DNA of 55,640 bases from an uncultured Polaromonas sp. (GTDB lineage: Bacteria > Pseudomonadota > Gammaproteobacteria > Burkholderiales > Burkholderiaceae_C): assembly GCA_964236835.1 (NCBI GenBank), contig CAXSGT010000002.1:1-55640 (forward strand), written 5' to 3'. Under the pieces are notes generated by a model. The model did no database searches. It saw only the letters and a list, made by a program, of their open reading frames with translations, and had not been told where the DNA came from. The translations under genes were made by a program, and so were the position numbers. The stretch's first letter is position 1. Every line of letters begins with the position of its first letter. Below are positions 30,679-42,028 of the stretch, in pieces.

Positions 30679-31493
30679 TCAGTCCAGCGCGGCACGAATT
30701 TCCTTCAGGAAATCGTGCGCCGCAGCCGCAACCCGGTCACGCGGCTGGTTTTCAATGAGCTCGATGATCTTGCTGCCGATGACCACCGCGTCGGCCATCT
30801 TGCCGATGGCGCGGGCCGTGGCCGCGTCGCGAATGCCGAAACCGACGCCAACCGGGACGCGCACATGCCGGCGAATGCGTGGCAGCATGGCTTGGACCGC
30901 TTGCAGGTCGAGCGTGCCGGCGCCGGTCACGCCCTTGAGCGACACGTAATACACATAGCCGCTTGCGATCCGGGCCACCTGGGCCATGCGCTCATCGGTG
31001 CTGGTGGGCGCCAGCAAAAAAATCAAGTCCATGCCGCGCGCGCGCAGCTCGGCTGCGAACGCCACGCATTCCTCGGGCGGGTAATCGACGATCAGCACGC
31101 CATCGACACCGGCCTGCGCCGCATCGCGGATAAAGGCGCTTTCGGACTTGCCGGCGCCATGCTTGATGTCATAGCGCTCGACCGGATTGGCGTAGCCCAT
31201 CAGCACCACCGGTGTTGTAGGGTCTATTGCGCGAAAACTGTGCACCATCTCCAGCACCTGTTGCATCCCGACACCGAAGCCGAGCGCTTTTTCTCCGGCT
31301 TTCTGAATCACCGGGCCGTCGGCGCCGGGATCGGAAAAAGGCACGCCCAGCTCGATCACGTCGGCGCCGCCGGCCACCATGGCGTGCATCAGTTCGGGCG
31401 TGACGTCGGCAAACGGGAAACCCGCCATGACATAAGGAATCAAGGCCTTGCGGCGCTGCGCTTGCAGGCGGGAAAAGGTCGAGGCAATGCGGC

Positions 31494-31497
<4 letters not shown>
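30679..31497 (-). CDS. trpA: Tryptophan synthase alpha chain
   Basis: [32 protein letters not shown]. Confidence 0.97.
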
Positions 31498-32775
<1,278 letters not shown>

Positions 32776-32798
<23 letters not shown>

Positions 32799-33495
32799 CA
32801 ATAGTCTTTGCAAGTTGCTCGTCGGCGGCACGAACGGCGGCGACGAATCGGTTGATTTTTTCGGCGCTCTTGATTCCTTTGGCAATCTCGACGCCCGAGC
32901 TCACATCAACAGCCAGCGTGGTGCAGCGCGGCCGGACCTGCAAAATGCCATCGCCCACATTTGCAGGCGTCAGTCCACCAGACAAGACGAAGTGAGCGTT
33001 GACGCTTGGAGGAAGCCGTGACCAATTGAATGTTTTTCCGCCGCCGCCATACCCTTCGACATGCGCGTCGAGCAAAATGGCCTGGGCCGCCGAGTAATCT
33101 TTCGCGTATTTTAAGAGATCGAAACGGGAGCTCCCCGGCTCGAGGTTCTCGTTCAAGGGAATACGGGCTGCGCGAATAAAGGGCCGGCCGGCGCGCAAAC
33201 AGGCTTCAAGCGTTTCATCGCCATGAAATTGCACGATTGCGCAGGGAACGCGGGCGCAGGCAGCTATTATTTCTGTAGCAGAGGCGTTGACGAAAAGCAG
33301 CACGGGCGTGACAAATGGCGGCAGGCGGGCGGCGAGGGCGGCGGCGCGATCGAGCGACACATGGCGCGGACTGGGCGCATACATCACCAGCCCGATCGCG
33401 TCGGCGCCGGCGGCCGCCGCCGCATCGACGTCTTCCTCGCGCGTCAGCCCGCAGATCTTCACGCGCGTGCGGCTCCAGGGGCTTGGCTCGGTCAT
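32776..33495 (-). CDS. trpF: Phosphoribosylanthranilate isomerase
   Basis: [32 protein letters not shown]; ATGA overlap with truA. Confidence 0.96.
33220..33279 (-). repeat. Family A motif, copy 7, inside trpF
   Basis: (-) GCTA CAGAAATAA TAGC TGCCTGC GCCCG CGTTCCCTG CGC AATCGTG CAATTTC. Confidence 0.75.
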
Positions 33496-34286
33496 GGCAG
33501 CCAATCATAAGCCGCGGTGCGTGACGGAAGGCTGTGGCGTTCCTCATACACCGGGCCGACAAAATACAGGCCGTCGGGCGAAAAGGTCGGTGCCGCGGCG
33601 TCGCGGCGGCGCGCGGCCAGCACGTCGGCAAGCCAGCCGGCCGGCTGGCTTGCCTGACCCACAGCCAAAAGGCAGCCCATGATGTTGCGGATCATGTGAT
33701 GCAAAAACGCGTTGGCCTCGAATTCGAAGCGCCAATAGCGCGACCCGGTCCCGGCGCGCTGGGAGATCTCGATGCGATTCATGGTTTTGACAGGCGACCT
33801 GGCCTGGCACTGGGCGGCGCGAAACGAACTGAAATCATGCTCGCCAAGCAAGCAAGACGCGGCTTGGCGCATCGCCGCGCCATCGAGCGGGCGATATACC
33901 CAGCCGACCCGGCCCGCCTCCACGCTCGGGCGCACTGGCGACTCCAGCACCACATACGCGTAACGGCGCGCAAGGGCGCTTGAACGGCAATGAAAGTCAT
34001 CAGGCACCGTTTGCGCCCACTGTACGGCGATGTCGGAAGGCAAAAACGTATTCGTGCCGCGCACCCAGGATGCCGGCTCGCGCACCAGCGGCGTGTCGAA
34101 ATGCACGACCTGCATCAGCGCATGAACACCGGCGTCGGTGCGGCCGGCGCATAGCGTGCGCACTGGCCGGACCGAAAACCGGCTTAGGGCCGTCTCCAGC
34201 GTATCCTGGACGGTCTTGCCCGAAAGCTGGCTTTGCCAGCCTTCATAAGCGCCACCGCTATAGCTGACGCCAAGCGCCATCCTCAC
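33492..34286 (-). CDS. truA: tRNA pseudouridine(38-40) synthase
   Basis: GWQSQ, CAGRTDAGVHA, HDFSSFRA, NAFLHHMIRNI. Confidence 0.97.
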   Translation of the reverse strand: MRMALGVSYSGGAYEGWQSQLSGKTVQDTLETALSRFSVRPVRTLCAGRTDAGVHALMQVVHFDTPLVREPASWVRGTNTFLPSDIAVQWAQTVPDDFHCRSSALARRYAYVVLESPVRPSVEAGRVGWVYRPLDGAAMRQAASCLLGEHDFSSFRAAQCQARSPVKTMNRIEISQRAGTGSRYWRFEFEANAFLHHMIRNIMGCLLAVGQASQPAGWLADVLAARRRDAAAPTFSPDGLYFVGPVYEERHSLPSRTAAYDWLP

Positions 34287-34328
34287 AGGCCGTCCTTCGC
34301 TGATGAATACACGCCTTCCAAATGGCGT

Positions 34329-36833
34329 TCAGGGCAGGGTGTTGAGAAACGCTTGCGCCTTGGCTTTCAATGGCCCCCTGGCTTTGACCAGCACCTCATC
34401 GGCCAGCGATCTGGCGCCCGCCGAGTCGCCCAGGATACGGAATTCCTCGGCCAGTAAAAACTTGATCTCAAGCGGGTCTTCCGGCGCTCCCGCCGGTTCA
34501 AGGGTTGGCGCCTGCGTCGTTGGACCCAAATCAAGTGACAAAGCGCTCATATCGAACTCCAGCATGCCACTGTGGGCAGGCGGTTCCAGGCCTTCTTCCG
34601 AGCGTGCGGGCGGAGCCGGTCGCGCCATCAGGGTCTCGGGCTTGAAATCCAGCTTGTCGGCAGGAAAATCGGCAGCTGAAGAAGACGCATTCGCCGGCGG
34701 CGAAGCCGACAGCGGGGCATGCGACGATGCCGTGAGCGGCGCTGGCGCGCTATCGATATCCAGGTCGAGATCGAGGTCCAGCTCCTGCAAAAATGCCGAG
34801 GGCGTTCCCAGGCTCGAAGGCGTTCCCAAGCCCGATGTCGAAAATTTCGGCAACGGCGCCTCATTGAGAGAAAAATCAAGATCTGGCGCGGATGTGTCAG
34901 CTGGCGCCACGGCCGCTGTTGCCATTGGCGGCTTGTCGGCGGCGCTTGCCGCGGTGTTGGCTGGCATGCCCGGCGTCGACGCGCCGCCCGCCGGCTCCGC
35001 CTGCAGCCGATAGAGGCTATTGCCAGGATTCAGATCGCGGCCGAGCTTGGCGATGTGACTCCATTCAGGGCCGCTTCCTTTCGTCAGCTGGTACGCTTCA
35101 AGCGCAGTGCTGTCGAAAGCCTTGCTGTCGCGGCGCCTGGCATAAATTTCAACGAGTTTGGCATGAAGGGCCAGGCGTTCTGGATGATTGCGCAATGCTT
35201 CTTTCAAAATCTCCTCGGCCTGCTGATCGCGTCCATAAGCGAGATAGACATCAGCTTCGGCGACCGGATCTACATCGCCCGCATGGTCGAGCTGGCTTAG
35301 GGTGTAGGTCGTGGAGGTGGCCGCGGCACTGCTGGCTCGGGTGTCGATATGTTGCCCGCCGCTGGCGCCAAAAAAGGAATCCAGCTGCAAACGGCTTTCC
35401 AGGAAAGAGCTGTCTCCGGAAGCTGCTTTTTTGTTCCGGCGGTAGCGGGCAAAAGCCAAGCCGGCCAGCAGCAGCAGCAAACCGCCGGCTCCCACAAGCA
35501 CCAGCGGATTGTCCGCTGCTTCTTCAAGCAAGCCGGCTTGCGCTGGCGCAGCTGCCGCCACGGCGGACTTTCTGGCCAGGGCTGGGACCGCTGCGGTGCT
35601 TGCAGACGCTGCGGGACCGGACACCGAGGTGAGCGGCGCCGCAATGCCGTTCGTAGTGGAAGAGGCCGGCAATGCGGCGGCAGTCGCGGCCAACTCAGCG
35701 CCTGGAACTGCCGCGCCTCTGCCAGCGGCCACGGTGCCGCCAGCTGCCGCAATCCCAGTAGAGCCGTTCATGGCTGCCGCCGGAACTGACGAGACGCCGC
35801 CAAGAGCGACCTCCGGGGCGGTGCCGGGCGCGGCGCCGGCTTGGACAGCGCCGCTGGAAAGAGTCAGTTTGTCAGGCGTGGCGATCTTTGATGCGCGGTC
35901 TTCGACCGTCGTTTGCACCTTGCCACTGACCCGGCGCTGCGCATCGGTGACTTGCGCGCTGGGTGCACCTTCGGCAAGCTTGCGGCGAAAGGCGTTGAAG
36001 TCCTTGCTTTCGGTAGCCACCGTTCGTGCTTCGCCAGGAAGGGAAGCGGCAACATCCTGCCCCGGAATATCGAGCACCGCACCCGACTTGATGACGTTGA
36101 TGTTGCCCGCGACGAAGGCGCTCGGATTGTTTTTGAGCAGTGCCGCAAGCATCTCGTCGAGCGAAACGCCGACTGGCTTGTTGCGGGCGGCAATTCTGCT
36201 GGCGGTATCGCCAGGCTGGACCACAACCTGTCTAGTGCCAATGGGAAGAGGCGGCGCATCGGCTGGCCTGGTTCTGGGCGCCGCAGCTCTGGCCAAGGGC
36301 GCTGCCCGGGCAGTCGGCGGCAACTCCCTCGAGTCTGGCGTATATGCGTTGGAAGCCGGCACCTGAATTCGCGGGACAGAGGCGATGACTGGCTCGAGGC
36401 TGTTTGCGTTGGCGCGCAGCTTGGGCGGGTCAAACAGCATTGTGTAGTCACGCGTGATTCGCCCGGCGGACCCGCTGGTTTCCAGGATCAAATCGACAAA
36501 TGGCTCGGTCATCGCCCGATTGCTGCTAAGGCGCAGATAGGACCTGCCGTCGGCGCGGCGTTGCAGCCTGATTTCAAGACCGGTTACCGCGGCGCTGTAT
36601 TCAAGCCCGGCGGCTTTGAACGCCTCGGCCGGAGCGACGCCGACTCTCAGGCTCGACGCTTCTTCAGCGTCGATGTCCGACATGTCGATTTCCGCGCGCA
36701 GCGGCTCGCCCAGTGCCGACTGCACAGTGATTCGGCCCAGCGCCAGCGCGTGGGCTTGCAAGCTTGCCAGGCTGCCGAGCAACGCGATCGCACTTGCCAG
36801 TGCACCTATTCGCCAGGGACCGTGATTATTCAT
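34329..36833 (-). CDS. fimV: FimV/HubP family polar landmark protein (LysM domain)
   Basis: ALALGRITVQSALGEPLRAEI, LysM, VDPVAEADVYLAYGRDQQAEEIL, C-terminal KFLLAEEF..LGD; GGAGG RBS before ATG 36833. Confidence 0.92.
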   Translation of the reverse strand: MNNHGPWRIGALASAIALLGSLASLQAHALALGRITVQSALGEPLRAEIDMSDIDAEEASSLRVGVAPAEAFKAAGLEYSAAVTGLEIRLQRRADGRSYLRLSSNRAMTEPFVDLILETSGSAGRITRDYTMLFDPPKLRANANSLEPVIASVPRIQVPASNAYTPDSRELPPTARAAPLARAAAPRTRPADAPPLPIGTRQVVVQPGDTASRIAARNKPVGVSLDEMLAALLKNNPSAFVAGNINVIKSGAVLDIPGQDVAASLPGEARTVATESKDFNAFRRKLAEGAPSAQVTDAQRRVSGKVQTTVEDRASKIATPDKLTLSSGAVQAGAAPGTAPEVALGGVSSVPAAAMNGSTGIAAAGGTVAAGRGAAVPGAELAATAAALPASSTTNGIAAPLTSVSGPAASASTAAVPALARKSAVAAAAPAQAGLLEEAADNPLVLVGAGGLLLLLAGLAFARYRRNKKAASGDSSFLESRLQLDSFFGASGGQHIDTRASSAAATSTTYTLSQLDHAGDVDPVAEADVYLAYGRDQQAEEILKEALRNHPERLALHAKLVEIYARRRDSKAFDSTALEAYQLTKGSGPEWSHIAKLGRDLNPGNSLYRLQAEPAGGASTPGMPANTAASAADKPPMATAAVAPADTSAPDLDFSLNEAPLPKFSTSGLGTPSSLGTPSAFLQELDLDLDLDIDSAPAPLTASSHAPLSASPPANASSSAADFPADKLDFKPETLMARPAPPARSEEGLEPPAHSGMLEFDMSALSLDLGPTTQAPTLEPAGAPEDPLEIKFLLAEEFRILGDSAGARSLADEVLVKARGPLKAKAQAFLNTLP

Positions 36834-37069
36834 GGGATTTGAGCCTCCGTTGCTTGGCCTTAAAAAAATGCCTTGTGTTGCGTGAGGGGAAAAATTCCTG
36901 GCGCCAACGCCCGGAAAATCAACCTTAACAGCAAGACATTCCCCTGACAAGTTAAGACAAGATTTAAGTTTTGATACAACATGTAAATGCAAAAGTAGCG
37001 CTGTTCACGTTGCGTTTATACAACTTCATAAAACAATTATTACTTTTATTGACATTATATTGAACTTCG

Positions 37070-38215
37070 TCAGTTCCGCTCTAGAAGAAGAATGCGCAAC
37101 ATGCGGCGCAGCGGCTCCGCAGCCCCCCATAGCAACTGATCGCCCACCGTGAAGGCGCCAAGGTAGTCCGGACCCATTGCGAGTTTGCGCAAACGGCCGA
37201 CCGGAATCCGCATGGTTCCGGTTACGGCAACAGGTGTCAGGTCTTTTATCGAGTCTTCACGCGTATTGGGTACCACTTTCACCCAGCTATTGCCGGCGGC
37301 GATCAATGCTTCGATATCCGCCAGAGGGACGTTTTTCTTCAGTTTGAAGGTCAACGCCTGGCTATGGCAGCGCATCGCGCCGATGCGAACGCAAAAACCA
37401 TCGACCGGCGTTGCCGCGCTGCCAAAGCCGGCGCCCCGGCCGAGGATCTTGTTGGTTTCGGCGCCGGCTTTCCATTCTTCCTTGCTGCTGCCATCGCCCA
37501 TGTCCTTGTCGATCCACGGTATCAGGCTGCCGCCGAGCGGCACGCCGAAGTTTGCCGTCTCGCAAGCGCTTAGGGAATGCTGGGTTGCCAGAATGCGGCG
37601 GTCGATTTCCAAGATGGCCGATTTCGGATCGCCCAGCAGCGATTTCACCTCGCTGTTGAGCGTGCCGAACTGGGTCAGCAATTCGCGCATGTGCTGCGCG
37701 CCTCCGCCCGACGCCGCTTGGTAGGTCATGCTCGTCATCCATTCGACCAGGCCCGCCTTGTAGAGCGCACCCACGCCCATCAGCATGCAGCTGACGGTGC
37801 AATTGCCGCCGATCCAGTTGTTGCCGCCTTTGGCCAGCGCGTTCTGTATGACGGGCAGGTTGACCGGATCCAGCACGATGACGGCGTCGCCATTCATCCG
37901 CAAAGTGGAAGCCGCATCGATCCAGTGGCCCTGCCATCCGGCAGCGCGCAGTTTGGGGAACACGTCGGATGTGTAGTCGCCGCCCTGAGCGGTGACGATG
38001 ATGTCGCACTTTTTGAGCGCGTCGATGTCGAAAGCGTCTTTCAGCGTGGTTTCATTTTTCGCCTGCATCGGCGCCTTGCCGCCCGCGTTCGAGGTGGAAA
38101 AGAAAACCGGTTCGATGAACTCGAAATCGCCTTCGGCCTGCATACGATCGACCAGCACCGAGCCAACCATGCCGCGCCAGCCGACGAGTCCTGTGAGAGT
38201 GCCTGTGAGTTTCAT
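37070..38215 (-). CDS. asd: Aspartate-semialdehyde dehydrogenase
   Basis: [39 protein letters not shown]. Confidence 0.97.
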   Translation of the reverse strand: MKLTGTLTGLVGWRGMVGSVLVDRMQAEGDFEFIEPVFFSTSNAGGKAPMQAKNETTLKDAFDIDALKKCDIIVTAQGGDYTSDVFPKLRAAGWQGHWIDAASTLRMNGDAVIVLDPVNLPVIQNALAKGGNNWIGGNCTVSCMLMGVGALYKAGLVEWMTSMTYQAASGGGAQHMRELLTQFGTLNSEVKSLLGDPKSAILEIDRRILATQHSLSACETANFGVPLGGSLIPWIDKDMGDGSSKEEWKAGAETNKILGRGAGFGSAATPVDGFCVRIGAMRCHSQALTFKLKKNVPLADIEALIAAGNSWVKVVPNTREDSIKDLTPVAVTGTMRIPVGRLRKLAMGPDYLGAFTVGDQLLWGAAEPLRRMLRILLLERN

Positions 38216-38295
38216 TGGATTGCCCTGCTAAAAGTACGAAAAATCGGCTTTTTTAGTCCGGCTCATCGGCCGGAGGGCACGACAAACCAGGCTAC

Positions 38296-38400
38296 TCAGC
38301 CTTCGATGGTGGTCGTTTTGGTGATCCTGCTAAAAGCGGGCGCGCTGCCTGCCAGCCGCGGCGAAGCGGCAAAGTAAGCGATCGCATGGCTTTCAAGCAT
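38296..38400 (-). CDS. Putative asd leader (attenuator) peptide, 34 aa MLESHAIAYFAASPRLAGSAPAFSRITKTTTIEG
   Basis: Hand-translated ATG..TGA ORF with an I-T-K-T-T-T-I run; TACACT -10 box 7 nt before the ATG; ends 80 nt before asd. Confidence 0.7.
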   Translation of the reverse strand: MLESHAIAYFAASPRLAGSAPAFSRITKTTTIEG

Positions 38401-38491
38401 GAGCCGTAGTGTAACGAGGGCTGCCTTTTGCCCTGGGCGGCAAGCTTGGCACGTCTCTTAGCAGACAAGGATTCGAGGCTGCCTGACTGCT

Positions 38492-39562
38492 TCAGCGGAG
38501 CGCATTGACAACCGCATCGCCCATTTCCGCGGTGCCGACGCGAATAGTGCCGTCGCTGTAGATGTCAGGCGTTCGCAGCCCCTGGCTCAATACGGCGTCA
38601 ACGGCTTTTTCGATGCGGGCCGCGGCTTCTGGCTGATTCAGGCTGAAGCGCAGCATCATGGCGGCGCTCAAGATCGTCGCCAGCGGGTTGGCGACGCCTT
38701 TGCCGGCGATGTCGGGCGCGCTGCCGTGGCTCGGTTCATACAAGCCCTGGCCCTTGCCGTTCAGGCTGGCCGATGGCAGCATGCCGATGCTGCCGGTCAG
38801 CATGGCGGCGGCGTCCGACAGGATGTCGCCGAACATATTGCCCGTCACCACGACATCGAATTTCTTCGGCGCCTTGACCAGCTGCATGGCCGCGTTGTCA
38901 ACGTACAGATGATCCAGCGCCACGTCGGGGTATTGCAGGCCGACTTCGCTGACCACGTCTTTCCAGAACTGAAACGTCTCCAGCACGTTGGCCTTGTCAA
39001 CGCTGGTGACGCGTTTGCCGCGCTTGCGCGCCGCCTGGAACGCGACATGGGCGATGCGCTCGACCTCGGGGCGCGAATAGCGCATCGTGTCGAAGGCTTC
39101 TTCGGCGCCGGGAAACTGGCCGTCGGTCGCGATGCGCCGGCCGCGCGGCTGGCCGAAGTAAATGTCGCCCGTCAGCTCGCGGATGATGAGGATGTCCAGG
39201 CCTGAAACCAGTTCGCGCTTCAGGCTCGACGCATCGACGAGTTGCGGGTAGCAGATGGCAGGGCGAAAATTGGCGAACAGGCCTAGGTTTTTGCGCAGTC
39301 CAAGAATGGCTTGCTCGGGGCGCAGCGGCCGGTCGAGCGTGTCATATTTCCAGTCGCCGACCGCGCCGAACAAAATGGCGTCAGCGCTTTTGGCAAGTTC
39401 CAGCGTGGTGTGCGGCAGCGGATGGCCATGAGCCTCGTAGGCGCAGCCGCCGACCGGGGCGGTTTCGATTTCAAACTTCAAATCCAAAACCTGCAGCACC
39501 TTAATCGCCTCGGCGATGATTTCCGGCCCGATGCCGTCGCCGGGCAAAATCGCGATTTTCAT
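38492..39562 (-). CDS. leuB: 3-isopropylmalate dehydrogenase
   Basis: [40 protein letters not shown]. Confidence 0.97.
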   Translation of the reverse strand: MKIAILPGDGIGPEIIAEAIKVLQVLDLKFEIETAPVGGCAYEAHGHPLPHTTLELAKSADAILFGAVGDWKYDTLDRPLRPEQAILGLRKNLGLFANFRPAICYPQLVDASSLKRELVSGLDILIIRELTGDIYFGQPRGRRIATDGQFPGAEEAFDTMRYSRPEVERIAHVAFQAARKRGKRVTSVDKANVLETFQFWKDVVSEVGLQYPDVALDHLYVDNAAMQLVKAPKKFDVVVTGNMFGDILSDAAAMLTGSIGMLPSASLNGKGQGLYEPSHGSAPDIAGKGVANPLATILSAAMMLRFSLNQPEAAARIEKAVDAVLSQGLRTPDIYSDGTIRVGTAEMGDAVVNALR

Positions 39563-39567
39563 GTTTT

Positions 39568-39627
39568 GCTATCGTTTTTATAGTTAACTTTGCCCGCGGC
39601 CATTGCGCAAAAGCACGATTTGACCAG
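39568..39627 (+). repeat. Family A motif, copy 8, between leuD and leuB
   Basis: GCTA TCGTTTTTA TAGT TAACTTT GCCCG CGGCCATTG CGC AAAAGCA CGATTTG. Confidence 0.75.
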
Positions 39628-39637
39628 TTATTTGCCT

Positions 39638-40288
39638 TTAGGCCGCCACCGTGTGCGCCAGCCACGGCTTGGTCGCCAGGCGCTCGGCCTCGAACGCCTT
39701 GATCTTGTCGCTGTTGCGCAGCGTCAGGCCTATGTCGTCGAGCCCGCCCAGCAGGCAATATTTGCGGAATTCTTCGACGGCAAACGAAATTTCCTCGCCC
39801 TGGGGTTTCACGATCACCTGGCGATCGAGGTCGATGGTGAGCGTAAAGCCCGGAAAGGCCAGCGCCTCGTCGAACAATTGGGCCACTTGCCGCTCGGGAA
39901 GCACGATGGGCAGCAAACCGTTTTTGAAGCTGTTGTTGAAAAAGATGTCGGCATAGCTCGGCGCGACGATGGCGCGAAAGCCGTACTGGTCGAGCGCCCA
40001 GGGGGCGTGCTCGCGCGACGAGCCGCAGCCGAAATTCTTGCGCGCCAGCAGGATCGACGCGCCAGCGTAGCGCGGCTGGTTGAGCACGAAGTCGGGATTG
40101 GGCTGGCGGCTGGCCGGCTCCTTGCCGCAATAGCCCTCGTCCAGATAGCGCCAGGCGTCGAACAGGTGCTGGCCAAAGCCGGTCTTGCGGATCGACTTTA
40201 AAAACTGCTTGGGGATGATCGCGTCGGTGTCGACGTTCTCGCGGTCCATGGGCGCGACCAGGCCGGTGTGTACAGTGAATTTTTGCAT
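39638..40288 (-). CDS. leuD: 3-isopropylmalate dehydratase small subunit
   Basis: [28 protein letters not shown]. Confidence 0.97.
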   Translation of the reverse strand: MQKFTVHTGLVAPMDRENVDTDAIIPKQFLKSIRKTGFGQHLFDAWRYLDEGYCGKEPASRQPNPDFVLNQPRYAGASILLARKNFGCGSSREHAPWALDQYGFRAIVAPSYADIFFNNSFKNGLLPIVLPERQVAQLFDEALAFPGFTLTIDLDRQVIVKPQGEEISFAVEEFRKYCLLGGLDDIGLTLRNSDKIKAFEAERLATKPWLAHTVAA

Positions 40289-40299
40289 GATTTATGAGA

Positions 40300-40411
40300 G
40301 GTAGAAGCTTCCAACGCAAAGCCGCAAAGAAGCAAAGGGCGCAAAGCTAAAACAAAAAAATACTTATCTTCCTTGGCGTTCTTCGCAACTTTGCGCCTTT
40401 GCGCTGGAAAC
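40300..40411. repeat. CGCAAAG-unit palindromic repeat (family B, copy 2) between leuC and leuD
   Basis: GGTAGAAGCTTCCAACGCAAAG-CCGCAAAG-AAGCAAAG-GGCGCAAAG...CTTGGCGTT-CTTCGCAA-CTTTGCGC-CTTTGCGCTGGAA. Confidence 0.8.
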
Positions 40412-40431
40412 TGGTTTTTCCCCAAGTTGCG

Positions 40432-41853
40432 CTAGACAAACTTTCGCACATCGACAAAGTGGCCATGCACCGCCGCGGCCGCGGCCATGGCCGGGCTCAC
40501 CAGGTGGGTGCGCCCGCCGGCGCCCTGACGGCCCTCGAAGTTGCGGTTGCTGGTCGAGGCGCAGCGCTCGCCGGGCTCCAGGCGGTCGGCGTTCATCGCC
40601 AGGCACATCGAGCAGCCCGGTTCGCGCCACTCGAAGCCGGCGGCGGTGAATATCTTGTCGAGCCCTTCGCGCTCGGCTTGCTCCTTGACCAAGCCCGAGC
40701 CCGGCACGACCAGCGCCAGCTTGACGTTGCCGGCGACCTTCTGGCCGATGCGCTTGACCACGGCCGCGGCGTCGCGCAGGTCTTCGATGCGGCTGTTGGT
40801 GCACGAGCCGATGAACACCTTGTCAACGAAGATGTCGTCCAGCGCCTTGCCCGGCGCCAGGCCCATATAGGTGAGGGCGCGCTCGATGGCGTCGCGCTTG
40901 TTGGCGTCTTTTTCCTTGTCGGGATCGGGCGTTTTGCCCGAAATGGGCAATACCATCTCGGGCGAGGTGCCCCAGGTGAGCTGCGGCGCGATCTGGCTGG
41001 CGTCGATCAGCACCTCGGCGTCGAACTTCGCATCGGCATCGGAGTGCAGCGTGGCCCAGTATTTCACCGCCTGGTCCCACTCGGCGCCGGTCGGCGCGAG
41101 CAGCCGGCCTTTGACGTAGTCGATCGTCTTTTGATCAACGGCCACCAGGCCGGCGCGCGCGCCGGCTTCGATGGCCATGTTGCACACCGTCATGCGCCCT
41201 TCCATCGAGAGCGCGCGTATGGCCGAGCCGGCGAACTCGATCGTGTAGCCGGTGCCGCCCGCCGTGCCGATCTTGCCGATGATCGCCAGCACGATGTCCT
41301 TGGCGGTGCAGCCGCTGGGCAGCGCGCCCTCGACCAAGACGCGCATATTTTTGGCTTTTTTGGCCAGCAGCGTCTGCGTCGCCAGGACGTGCTCGACCTC
41401 GCTGGTGCCGATGCCGTGCGCCAGCGCGCCAAAGGCGCCGTGGGTGGAGGTGTGCGAGTCGCCGCAAACGACCGTCATGCCGGGCAGCGTCGCGCCGTTT
41501 TCCGGGCCGATGACGTGCACGATGCCTTGGCGCCTGGACAAAAAGGGAAAGAACGCGCCAGCGCCGAATTCGGCGACGTTGGCGTCGAGCGTCGTGACCT
41601 GCTCGCGGCTGACCAAGTCGGTGATGCCGTCGTAGCCCCTGTCCCAGCCGGTGGTGGGTGTGTTGTGGTCGGCGGTCGCGATGATCGAGCTGATGCGCCA
41701 GACTTTGCGCCCGGCCTCGCGCAGCCCTTCGTAGGCTTGCGGGCTGGTCACTTCATGGACCAGATGGCGGTCGATGTACAGAATGGAGGTGCCGTCGGCT
41801 TCGGTGTGCACAACGTGCTCGTCCCAGATCTTGTCGTAGAGCGTGCGGGCCAT
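40432..41853 (-). CDS. leuC: 3-isopropylmalate dehydratase large subunit
   Basis: [44 protein letters not shown]. Confidence 0.97.
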   Translation of the reverse strand: MARTLYDKIWDEHVVHTEADGTSILYIDRHLVHEVTSPQAYEGLREAGRKVWRISSIIATADHNTPTTGWDRGYDGITDLVSREQVTTLDANVAEFGAGAFFPFLSRRQGIVHVIGPENGATLPGMTVVCGDSHTSTHGAFGALAHGIGTSEVEHVLATQTLLAKKAKNMRVLVEGALPSGCTAKDIVLAIIGKIGTAGGTGYTIEFAGSAIRALSMEGRMTVCNMAIEAGARAGLVAVDQKTIDYVKGRLLAPTGAEWDQAVKYWATLHSDADAKFDAEVLIDASQIAPQLTWGTSPEMVLPISGKTPDPDKEKDANKRDAIERALTYMGLAPGKALDDIFVDKVFIGSCTNSRIEDLRDAAAVVKRIGQKVAGNVKLALVVPGSGLVKEQAEREGLDKIFTAAGFEWREPGCSMCLAMNADRLEPGERCASTSNRNFEGRQGAGGRTHLVSPAMAAAAAVHGHFVDVRKFV

Positions 41854-41971
41854 GGGGCTTCCTTGGTGATCGAATCGGTTTGTGAGTGGATTTTAGGGCG
41901 GCTGCGGCGAAAAATCATCGGCGGCAATGGCTCGCGGAGATCGCAGCTGGCCCCGGAGGAATGCTGAAAGT

Positions 41972-42010
41972 AAAAAAACCCGCTTGACGTCGTCATCACG
42001 CGGGATTTTG
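41972..42010 (-). terminator. Intrinsic terminator after gltA
   Basis: (-) CCCGC...GCGGG stem followed by T7. Confidence 0.7.
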
Positions 42011-42028
42011 CTCGAAAGCCGCGCGACC

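Noticed and set aside
34795-34835. Short tandem duplications in fimV (LGTPS x2) and at the asd N-terminus (LTG x2)
   Set aside because: Ordinary slippage in low-complexity or terminal regions.
40399-41967. Long antisense ORFs (522 aa here; also 51088-52641, 25252-26523, 45310-46380, 8109-9245, 19815-20996, 48255-49451)
   Set aside because: Shadows of well-conserved genes in GC-rich DNA; no recognisable motifs or RBS.
41854-41970. Leu-rich leader peptide before leuC
   Set aside because: None found; only a TAAAAT -10 box and an AAGGA RBS.
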